64,000 bases of DNA from an uncultured Bacteroidales bacterium (GTDB lineage: Bacteria; Bacteroidota; Bacteroidia; Bacteroidales; VadinHA17). The translations under genes and the position numbers were made by a program. The notes under the pieces were generated by a model. The model had not been told where the DNA came from and searched no databases. It was given only the letters and a program-made list of their open reading frames with translations. The stretch covers positions 1,183,695-1,247,694 of the forward strand of contig OY970346.1 of assembly GCA_963717685.1 (NCBI GenBank), written 5' to 3'. Positions 55,771 through 63,840 of the stretch are shown in pieces (position 1 is the stretch's first letter; every line of letters begins with the position of its first letter).

Positions 55771-55831
55771 CTTATCCTAAGCAACTTAGAAAGGTCGGCA
55801 AAAATACAGCAAAAAACCGGAACTGCCTAAT
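55771..55831 (-). promoter_or_regulatory. Conserved ~60-bp upstream element, copy A (73 nt upstream of the ClpS-like gene)
   Basis: cttatcctaagcaacttagaaaggtcggcaaaaatacagcaaaaaaccggaactgcctaat. About 80% identical to 57240-57300. Confidence 0.5.
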
Positions 55832-55879
55832 CAAAGCATATTATTGATTCGAGATGGATTACGCAAAGTCGAATTAGGG

Positions 55880-56320
55880 CTATTTAACTGAAAAGATCAG
55901 TTCAATCATTGGAGGTGAGATCAATATACATTGATAGTATCCTTTTGCTTTCAGAGAAGAATAGAAACTCACTGATAACATGAATATACAAAAAGAGGAA
56001 CTAATAATTGTTCCCAAAGTACTTCCTAAAATTAACAATATCAAGGCAATAACAAGAAATAAAATAGCTAGAAATCTTGCAATAACATCTCTAGAAAGCC
56101 AGATATGAATGTTTTCTAATGATTCATTTATAAACATGCGGATGTATAACTGCATGTTAAACTCAGATTTATCCTCAAGTAACCTGGCATAGTATGCTCC
56201 ATGTTCAATTTTGTTCTTCCACGGAAATTCTACATACTTTCTCAATTTTAGACCATTAAAAGAATACTTACCGTATTTAATTTCTGAAAGATCTATGATG
56301 TTTATTAATCGGTTAATCAT
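55880..56320 (-). CDS. Hypothetical membrane protein (146 aa, 2 TM)
   Basis: TM segments FLAILFLVIALILLILGSTLGTIISSSFCIFMLSVSFY. Confidence 0.45.
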   Translation of the reverse strand: MINRLINIIDLSEIKYGKYSFNGLKLRKYVEFPWKNKIEHGAYYARLLEDKSEFNMQLYIRMFINESLENIHIWLSRDVIARFLAILFLVIALILLILGSTLGTIISSSFCIFMLSVSFYSSLKAKGYYQCILISPPMIELIFSVK

Positions 56321-56393
56321 TTAATAGGTAATTATTGATTTATAAATAAAAGACCCTAATATTAGTATATCTGTCAGTTAGTTAATTAAAAAT

Positions 56394-56699
56394 TCAATTC
56401 AAACAGTGATTGTCAGTTACCAGCTCAATCGTAGTCGTTAAATTCAGTTCGTTGAGTCCTTCTCTTATTATCTCCAACTCAGAAAACGTCCCATACCTGA
56501 CTATCGAATTCCCGTGATTATGAGCCGTTAACATAATTCTAACGGAGTTCTCATCTGAAATGCCGATTTGGCATAAAGCTGTGACAACATCAATTGCTTT
56601 ATGAAAATCATCGTTCCATAGTACCAGAAAACAATTTTCCTCTTCCTGCTGCCAGATTTATTTTGAGGTATTGTCCTTATTTTTACTGCTTTGTGTCAT
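56394..56699 (-). pseudogene. Second ClpS-like gene, interrupted by an in-frame TAA at codon 14 (not in the ORF track)
   Basis: Own translation is MTQSSKNKDNTSK*IWQQEEENCFLVLWNDDFHKAIDVVTALCQIGISDENSVRIMLTAHNHGNSIVRYGTFSELEIIREGL... TAA is at 56658-56660. LWNDDF and IMLTAHNHGNSIV match ClpS LVNDDY and LMLAVHYQGKAIC. Confidence 0.6.
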
Positions 56700-56721
56700 G
56701 TTTTTTCTCTTATTAATACCC

Positions 56722-57147
56722 TTATTTGAATTTATAAATCTCAACCTGTAAGTCAAGAGTGACAAAATCCAACTTCCTGAATTCTTTGACAAAGTCAATG
56801 AATTGATCGTCTTCTGTCTCGAAGTAACCTGACCAGTTATTTATGTAATATACCTGTCCATTCCTGCATTTAATTTGTCCTGCCATTATGATTTCATTTT
56901 CTTTCTTTGCTAGCTTGAAATGTCCAATTCCAAAGAATAGTTTGAATTTTGTATCAATAAGGAAATTTACTGCGTCACCATCGGTAACAATAGGGTCGAA
57001 TCTTAGTTTCTTGTCTAGAATAACGGCTTTTAACATTTTGGTAGCAACTTGTGGCACCAAATTCTTCATTTTAATTAAAGGCAAATTTGGTGTTATCAAG
57101 TCACTTAAATCAATAAAGAAGTCATTATCCTTACTTATTTCCTTCAT
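56722..57147 (-). CDS. Hypothetical protein (141 aa)
   Basis: Clean ORF, divergent from the HEPN-motif gene. No family recognised. Confidence 0.5.
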   Translation of the reverse strand: MKEISKDNDFFIDLSDLITPNLPLIKMKNLVPQVATKMLKAVILDKKLRFDPIVTDGDAVNFLIDTKFKLFFGIGHFKLAKKENEIIMAGQIKCRNGQVYYINNWSGYFETEDDQFIDFVKEFRKLDFVTLDLQVEIYKFK

Positions 57148-57239
57148 ATGGTAATAAAAATTTATTAATTGATAGTTTATATAAAAAAAGGTCCCTTCAG
57201 GTTCCTAAGAATATTGACCACGACGCTATAATTAATATG

Positions 57240-57300
57240 CTAATCTTAAGTAACTTAGAAGGGTAGACAAAATTAAGGCAAAAAACCGGAACTGCCTAAT
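57240..57300 (-). promoter_or_regulatory. Conserved ~60-bp upstream element, copy B (93 nt upstream of the 141-aa gene)
   Basis: ctaatcttaagtaacttagaagggtagacaaaattaaggcaaaaaaccggaactgcctaat. Confidence 0.5.
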
Positions 57301-57384
57301 AGATTCTAAAAATGATAGATATTTAAGATTAATTAATTATCTGATTTTATATAACTTGCAATTGAATAATAAAACCACATATAG

Positions 57385-57909
57385 ATGAATATAGAAGATC
57401 TTAAGAATGTCAATCAACTCGTAAAAAATGTCGAAGCCCAGATGCCAAAGGGGCGGGAATTAATTTACTACTTTACAATTACCTTTGCCAGATTTGAATT
57501 CGCTTTGAAACAAATAGATCGATATTTAAAATCAAATCCGGAATATGGTACGGCAGAAGCTAACTGGATTGCCTTTTCAAAATTTGTCAAGCAGCGATAC
57601 TATTTGAACAAAAACAGTGATGCTATTCGTCCCTCCATTGATTTTCTCTTAGGTAACCCTCCAGGAGTTCAAATGGTTGTAAATAGAAATCTAGAATTTG
57701 TTCACAAATATGATGATCGTGGTGAAATTGGAAATATTATTTGTTTTATTAATGTCATAAGAAATAACTTATTACATGGAAATAAATTTGACGGTGATTA
57801 TGAACCAGATTCACGAAACTTCAAATTAATTACCTCTGCTCTTATTATCCTAGATTTCTTACTAGACCTTGATCCGGATGTAAAAGGTCATTTTCGATCA
57901 ACCTTATAG
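57385..57909 (+). CDS. Putative HEPN-domain protein (candidate RNase)
   Basis: An Rx4H motif in an all-alpha context: NVIRNNLLHGNKF (R-NNLL-H followed by G). 174 aa. Confidence 0.5.
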   Translation: MNIEDLKNVNQLVKNVEAQMPKGRELIYYFTITFARFEFALKQIDRYLKSNPEYGTAEANWIAFSKFVKQRYYLNKNSDAIRPSIDFLLGNPPGVQMVVNRNLEFVHKYDDRGEIGNIICFINVIRNNLLHGNKFDGDYEPDSRNFKLITSALIILDFLLDLDPDVKGHFRSTL

Positions 57910-57946
57910 AACTATTTAGAGGTTGTTTTTAAGATTTACTGTATTA

Positions 57947-58891
57947 TTAGTTCCAGGTTATACAATTTAAAACTCCAGCTTTCATTGCAATGCATCGAGA
58001 GTTAGTAGGAATTATAGTTTTATTTATTCCAGAAAAGATGGTTGTGAATACTTTAATTGCCTGAATGTCGCTTTTTTCAAATCCTTCTCCAAATTGAGGA
58101 AGAAAAACAAAATTTTTAGTATCCAGATAATTAATATAAAGACCTAAGGCAGCAGGCATTTCATCCTCTCCGATTTCATCAACAGGGGAATATGTCACCT
58201 GAAGTATATTCAATCCAGCTTTACCAAGAACTCCAAATAAATTATTTAAATAATGATTACTCTCTTCAAATTCAGAACCTATAACAGAAGAGAAGTCATT
58301 TATGAGAACGGTCTTCTCGTCTATGAATCTGACAACTCCATCTGCATGTGAAAGCACATCATACGGTGTGCGAGGAATAATAATAATTTCTGAATTAAGC
58401 AGTTTCTGAATCCTATTTAATAATTGACTCTGCTCTGAAATGCTATTCTGAATACCATTTTCTCTGAATATGGCATCGGTCATAATGATCTTTGCACCAA
58501 ATTGGACAACATTTCCACCATCGATAAGAATATCATCAACAGATTCAAATTCAATATATAATTCATTTAATATCCGAATTATATCTTTTCTTAGAGTAAG
58601 TTTTTCTTTCCATTTACCCCTTAAATAGGAGGGATTGTAATTAAAAAGGAACAAGGTACCATTGGCACCTTTGACAGGCATAAAATCACGACACCAGATA
58701 TCTTTAGTATAAGGTAATCCAATTAATTCTATATTCGTATTTACTGTAAGTTTTTCAAAGAATTCATGGTAAAAAGCCTGTTCTCCTTTTAATAAATTTG
58801 AGATATAAACCTTCTCATTGCTGCTATTTAATGGATCTGAAATCTGCTTCTCATTAGCATTTAAAACACCATGTTTCTGAATATTCTCCAT
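57947..58891 (-). CDS. Agmatine deiminase / PAD_porph-fold guanidino-group-modifying enzyme
   Basis: DIWCRDFMPV (the D-W-RD motif), IDGGNVVQFG, SHADGVVRF (catalytic His) and C-terminal AGVLNCITWN (nucleophile Cys). Confidence 0.7.
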   Translation of the reverse strand: MENIQKHGVLNANEKQISDPLNSSNEKVYISNLLKGEQAFYHEFFEKLTVNTNIELIGLPYTKDIWCRDFMPVKGANGTLFLFNYNPSYLRGKWKEKLTLRKDIIRILNELYIEFESVDDILIDGGNVVQFGAKIIMTDAIFRENGIQNSISEQSQLLNRIQKLLNSEIIIIPRTPYDVLSHADGVVRFIDEKTVLINDFSSVIGSEFEESNHYLNNLFGVLGKAGLNILQVTYSPVDEIGEDEMPAALGLYINYLDTKNFVFLPQFGEGFEKSDIQAIKVFTTIFSGINKTIIPTNSRCIAMKAGVLNCITWN

Positions 58892-58936
58892 AGTCTCTAA
58901 ACTTTTATTCCAACTGTTTAAATAATAATTAATTAC

Positions 58937-59596
58937 TTATAAACTATTACCGTATTTATCTAACCACCTTATTGCTTCCTGGTATTCAGGATATAATGAA
59001 CGCAGTTCTGTCCAAAATCTTTGAGTGTGATTCATTGTTCTGGTGTGAACCAATTCGTGATAAAGCAAGTAATCAATCACAAATTGAGGAGTTTTTATAA
59101 GTCGCCAATTAAATGACAGGTTTTTCTCTGTCGAACAATTACCCCATTTTGTTCTTTGATCTCGAATAAAAATCTTCTTGTATTTGAATTTATGTTTCTT
59201 TGAAATGTCTATCAATCGAATTGTAATGTATCGTTTCCCATAACGTTTATACCATTTTAGCAACTCTGTGTTCTCAAGTAAATTTATTTTTGATTGGATT
59301 GTCTTATGTTCCTGATTGATTAAAACTTTGTTGTACAAGTCGGACCTATAGAAATAGCGGTATTTATCACCAAACAGAAGGATTTGGTTTTGAGGTAGTT
59401 TAATTTTTTCAGTTTTCCCTCTGAACTTATTCAGGTTTTTATCAATCCAGTCTTGTTTTTTCTTTATTAGTTTTTCTATTTCAGAATCGGTAAAAGTGGC
59501 AGGCACAAGCACTCTGACAGACAAGTTTTCTCTTACCCTGATCCTGGCATGCTTCACATTTTTGCGTTCAAGTATATAGTTTTCCGGGAGTTCCAT
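58937..59596 (-). CDS. DUF45/YgjP-type HExxH metal-dependent hydrolase
   Basis: KWGNCSTEKNLSFNWRLIKTPQFVIDYLLYHELVHTRTMNHTQRFW. The start overlaps the hsdR stop (TAATG). Confidence 0.8.
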   Translation of the reverse strand: MELPENYILERKNVKHARIRVRENLSVRVLVPATFTDSEIEKLIKKKQDWIDKNLNKFRGKTEKIKLPQNQILLFGDKYRYFYRSDLYNKVLINQEHKTIQSKINLLENTELLKWYKRYGKRYITIRLIDISKKHKFKYKKIFIRDQRTKWGNCSTEKNLSFNWRLIKTPQFVIDYLLYHELVHTRTMNHTQRFWTELRSLYPEYQEAIRWLDKYGNSL

Positions 59597-62500
59597 TAAT
59601 CTAAACCATAATTTTGAACTACTCTTTTCATTATATTTTCCATTAATTCAGCATCTTCGTCAATATTCAATGATGCAAACGTATCATCAACAGAAAGTAT
59701 TTCAATTTCTGCCTGTATCCGTTTCAATTCTCGATCATTGTCCTGCCATCCAATATATCTTTTTGTCTTAATCATTGAAGAAATAGCTTTTGCGAATGCT
59801 TTTGACAACTCAGAATTGAAATTTTCTTTCTTTTGATTCTTTATTTCTGTGTAAATATCGAACTCTCCCCTATCTTCAAATCCCATTCTATTTGGTAAAG
59901 ATGCCACATTATCTATTTCAGAATAAAGTCCTTCTAATTCTTGCAAGCTAGCTGCAATATTATCAGCTTCGGTTTCTTTCCGTTTTATTAATTCATCCAA
60001 ACGAACCTGAAATTCAATGAAAATCGGGCTTTCTATTTCATTTTTCCTAATGACTGTTTCAATATCACGGATAATTTTTTCGGCTTTATCACTCGGGTTG
60101 AGCCTACTTCTGTTCAAATTATCTAAGTATTTCTCATCTACCTTAATTTCAGGTAAATGTCCTTTAAAACTTAGCAGTATTACATTTTCCTGAATGAGTT
60201 TTCGTGTTTTTACTGCATAAACTTCTGCATCAAAATCCAAACGTTTGAATTCTTCTAGATAAATCTCATAAATCTCATTTAACCATAGATATTTTTCTCT
60301 GCTTTCCCTCAGTTTTGGATGTGGTGATATAGCTTCGTACAATTGGATAACCTGTTTTGTATCTGATTCGAACTTGCCCTGATCAAGCAATGTAAGTGTT
60401 CTGACAATTGCAATGCTACATTCATAACTATCTTCCAAAACAATATCCTTAAAAGGTTCAAATGCTTTGTTCAACACACTCGGGAATGATTCTACCAGCT
60501 TATCTACATCTTCAAATTCACCAATATCAGCAGGGTCATAGTTAAGTGCTTCATTGTAATTTGTAAATACGCCCACATAGTCCACAATTCTGCCAAATTG
60601 TTTGGTCATCTTAGTTACTTTGTCATCATATGGTCTATTTGTTCTGGCAACGGCCTGCAAAAGATTATGATCACGGAGTGGACTGTCCAAATACATCGTC
60701 TGCTCAACCGGTGCATCAAATCCAGTCAGAAGCATATTGCATACAATAAAAATTTTCAGATTATTTCCTCTATTAACTTCTTCATCAGTAATTCTACGTT
60801 TGAATTGTTTTATCAATTTCTTCCTATCCCCATCACTTAAATAATGGTCTCTATATAATTCATAATGGTCAGCGTCGTCATAATTGCTTTCTGAGAAAAT
60901 AATTTTGATTTCACTCCTTTCAAAACCACATTTTATCAATTCGTTGTAATATAAAACACAAGCTTCCTTATCACACCCGACAACCTGTGCTTTATAACCT
61001 AATGGTTCTACAACTGTCCTGTAATCATCATAAATATCCTTTGCTAATGTTTTTATCCTGTCAGGATGTTTTAAAAACTGTTTCCAGGCTTGCGTTCGTC
61101 GTTCAACTAATCTGGTTTCATCCTCACTTAATTCTGCAGTAATAGCTTCCCACCCGTCTTTGAGTTTATCCTTATCTAAATGCCATTTTTGAGGACCGAA
61201 GGTATATCTAATAGCTACCGTTGCTCCATCTTCTATTGCATCTATAATATTATACTGATCAAGAAATGGTTCTATCAGTTTTGTCCCCTCACGGATACCG
61301 AAATCACGATGAGTCTTTGGAATTGGAGTCCCGGTAAAAGCAAATCGTCTAGCTTGAGGAAAAACATTTTGCAGTTCAATCTGAAAATCACCATATTGTG
61401 TTCTATGTGCTTCATCAATTAGTAAAATCACATTAGTTCTATCGTCTTTCCGATTACCTAATTCCTGAAACTTTTGAATTGTTGTAATAAAAACACCAGC
61501 TGGTCGACTATCTATCTTGTGCTTTAAATCTCCAATGTTCCTTATAGTATCAACATTGGGGAATTCACAATCATCGAATGTTCCACCAATTTGTTCTTTA
61601 AGATCTTTGCGGTCAACTACTATATAGACAGTGGGGTCTTTTAATTTATCATTCTGTCTCAATTTGTATGCGGTATATAACATTGTCAAACTCTTGCCGC
61701 TTCCTTGTGTGTGCCAGATAACTCCCTGCTTCAATTCTTCTTTAACTACACGGTCAACAATTTTATTAGCTGCTCTCAATTGTTGATATCTTGCGACCTT
61801 TTTAACTATTCCAGAATCTTCTGTCCTTTCAAAAACAACGAAATTTCTTAGAATATCTAAAACTCTTGCAGGCTGAAGCAATCCAAGAATCCCCCATTTC
61901 ATTTGTTCTTCAGGAATTTGTTTGCCATCAGAAGTTTTCAGATATTTTACCTTGAAATGAACATATCCTTCTTTTTCTTCCCACTCACACAAATCATTTT
62001 CTCTATCCAAAATCGGATTTTCGAATGATGTGTCAATTATTGTGTCCTTCCATTCATTGAAATACGATGAAGATGCCCCTATTATGCCATATTTTGTAAT
62101 CTTTCCGTTACATGCAACGCCAAAACAATGGCTCATCCAGTATTGAGCCGCTCTTTGCTGATAAGTACTGAACTGTTTTACTCCTTCCAGCCAGTTTGTA
62201 CCCTTTCTGGCTCTTTGCTTCGCTTCAATGGGTATAAGAGGAATTCCATTGACAAGTAATACAAGATCGGTCTTGACTATTTTGTATCCCTGCACCCAAT
62301 ATTGTTGTGTCACCCTGAAATCATTCTTCCAGATATTATCAAAATCAATGTATTTGCAATCTTGAGGCTCGCCCTGTATGTTCATTGTAATGCCTTCAAT
62401 TAGCCTCTTCAAGAATCTTTCATTGCCATCAATAGGTGTTGGATTGTTAAGGTTCTGCGTTAATGTTTCAATAGCACTTTGCGTATCTATATCATTAAGA

Positions 62501-62667
62501 TTGTTAAACTCCTTTATTTTGTTAAATAAAATCGGTTCAATAATCGGATTAGAGAATGGACGATGAAATTCCTGCAAATCTTCCAAAGAATTATAATTCC
62601 AACCCATCTTGCTTAACCATTCGCAAACAGGTCTTTCAACTCCGTTTAATTCAGAAATATTTGCCAT
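59596..62667 (-). CDS. hsdR: Type I restriction enzyme R subunit
   Basis: N-terminal PD-ExK nuclease motif (DLVLLVNGIPLIPIEAKQ), helicase motif I HTQGSGKSLT, and the DEAH box LLIDEAHRTQYG. 1023 aa. Confidence 0.9.
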   Translation of the reverse strand: MANISELNGVERPVCEWLSKMGWNYNSLEDLQEFHRPFSNPIIEPILFNKIKEFNNLNDIDTQSAIETLTQNLNNPTPIDGNERFLKRLIEGITMNIQGEPQDCKYIDFDNIWKNDFRVTQQYWVQGYKIVKTDLVLLVNGIPLIPIEAKQRARKGTNWLEGVKQFSTYQQRAAQYWMSHCFGVACNGKITKYGIIGASSSYFNEWKDTIIDTSFENPILDRENDLCEWEEKEGYVHFKVKYLKTSDGKQIPEEQMKWGILGLLQPARVLDILRNFVVFERTEDSGIVKKVARYQQLRAANKIVDRVVKEELKQGVIWHTQGSGKSLTMLYTAYKLRQNDKLKDPTVYIVVDRKDLKEQIGGTFDDCEFPNVDTIRNIGDLKHKIDSRPAGVFITTIQKFQELGNRKDDRTNVILLIDEAHRTQYGDFQIELQNVFPQARRFAFTGTPIPKTHRDFGIREGTKLIEPFLDQYNIIDAIEDGATVAIRYTFGPQKWHLDKDKLKDGWEAITAELSEDETRLVERRTQAWKQFLKHPDRIKTLAKDIYDDYRTVVEPLGYKAQVVGCDKEACVLYYNELIKCGFERSEIKIIFSESNYDDADHYELYRDHYLSDGDRKKLIKQFKRRITDEEVNRGNNLKIFIVCNMLLTGFDAPVEQTMYLDSPLRDHNLLQAVARTNRPYDDKVTKMTKQFGRIVDYVGVFTNYNEALNYDPADIGEFEDVDKLVESFPSVLNKAFEPFKDIVLEDSYECSIAIVRTLTLLDQGKFESDTKQVIQLYEAISPHPKLRESREKYLWLNEIYEIYLEEFKRLDFDAEVYAVKTRKLIQENVILLSFKGHLPEIKVDEKYLDNLNRSRLNPSDKAEKIIRDIETVIRKNEIESPIFIEFQVRLDELIKRKETEADNIAASLQELEGLYSEIDNVASLPNRMGFEDRGEFDIYTEIKNQKKENFNSELSKAFAKAISSMIKTKRYIGWQDNDRELKRIQAEIEILSVDDTFASLNIDEDAELMENIMKRVVQNYGLD

Positions 62668-62672
62668 AATGG

Positions 62673-63839
62673 TTATATTGAAATATTAAAATGATCCTTA
62701 AGAATTTTTTTGATTTGCAACGATTGGTCAGTTCCTTCATAAGTCACAATAAGTCTACCAGGAAAATTATTATCATACCATCTTTTCTTTGTTTCCCAGT
62801 GTTTTTTGTATTCAGGTAAATCTAATCTGCCAATATGTTCCCAATAAAACTCCTCACCTTTCCATCGAATGGTAAAATCAGGTAAATACATTGACCCGTC
62901 TTTAGCAAACTTCGAAACTTCATAACTAAATGGTATTTTTTGTTGGTAAAGAGTATTGGCTATGTTCATTTCAGATTTTGAACGGACAAAATATTCTGAA
63001 AGAGTTGAAATAACTTTCTGATCTTCGTACCAATTTGTCCTTAATGCAAAAAGAGAATCAGGAATTGGTTTAAATTCAAATATGGAAGAATTGATTTTGC
63101 GAATATTTGATTTTTCAATCCTAGTCAGGTCAATAAAAGTAGTAACATCCTCTTGGGCGAAAATTGTAAGACTCTTTTGGGCTCTTGTTATCGCTGTATA
63201 AAAAAGCTCCATTGAAATCAATGAACTGTTTCTTTTGGGAAGAACTAAATAGACTCTGTTGAATTCGCTTCCTTGTGCTTTATGAACTGAAATAACATAT
63301 CCCAATTCTAGATTCTCATCTACTGGTTCATAAAACATTGGTTTATAGTCATATCCTTCAAGGTAACCATAGTTGACCGAGTATTCGTCCCTTCTTTCGA
63401 ACTTAACTTGAAATTTCTTCAAATTAAATTCACTCCAACCAGTATTCTTGTCAAAAGGATGGGGGTAAACAAATCCTAATTCTCCATTGTAAATATCAAT
63501 TTTTATATTTTTCTTTTCCTTAAAACTATAGGCAGATATCTTATTTGATTGTGGCCTATTCCTAAACTGGATAACTTTATCATAAAGAGCAATGCCATCT
63601 AATTGAGTTTTATTGGCTTGTTCTGTATTGAAAAGATTTTGAAAGTAAGAATTAAGATAGTCTGTCCCATAAAATTCACCACGAAAAGGGGATAATATTT
63701 GTAAGTAACTTGGATTAGGATATTGGGTGCCAGTTCTTATGGTTTTCCTCCAAAGATCGACAAAATTTGATTGTTCAAAATCCGACCCTAGTTCTTTTTT
63801 CAGATCAGCATGAATTGTTGATTTAATTAAAGGCTCCAA
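62673..63839 (-). CDS. SF1 (RecD/UvrD_C-like) helicase C-terminal half fused to a PD-(D/E)xK-like nuclease domain; N-terminal ATPase part not in this ORF
   Basis: ILSPFRGEFYGTDYLN, YNGELGFVY (SH3-like), ISVHKAQGSEFNRVYLVL, and YTAITRAQKSLTIF. The C-terminal region is YLPDFTIRWKGEEFYWEHIG. TTG start. Confidence 0.65.
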   Translation of the reverse strand: MEPLIKSTIHADLKKELGSDFEQSNFVDLWRKTIRTGTQYPNPSYLQILSPFRGEFYGTDYLNSYFQNLFNTEQANKTQLDGIALYDKVIQFRNRPQSNKISAYSFKEKKNIKIDIYNGELGFVYPHPFDKNTGWSEFNLKKFQVKFERRDEYSVNYGYLEGYDYKPMFYEPVDENLELGYVISVHKAQGSEFNRVYLVLPKRNSSLISMELFYTAITRAQKSLTIFAQEDVTTFIDLTRIEKSNIRKINSSIFEFKPIPDSLFALRTNWYEDQKVISTLSEYFVRSKSEMNIANTLYQQKIPFSYEVSKFAKDGSMYLPDFTIRWKGEEFYWEHIGRLDLPEYKKHWETKKRWYDNNFPGRLIVTYEGTDQSLQIKKILKDHFNISI

Positions 63840-63840
63840 T

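Noticed and set aside
4408-56660. Stop-codon reassignment (alternative genetic code) as the explanation for the in-frame TAA/TAG codons
   Set aside because: TAA and TAG terminate many well-supported genes at the positions expected from family length (peroxiredoxin, SDR, S8 peptidase, hsdR, integrase). Only three genes are affected, and they involve two different stop codons.
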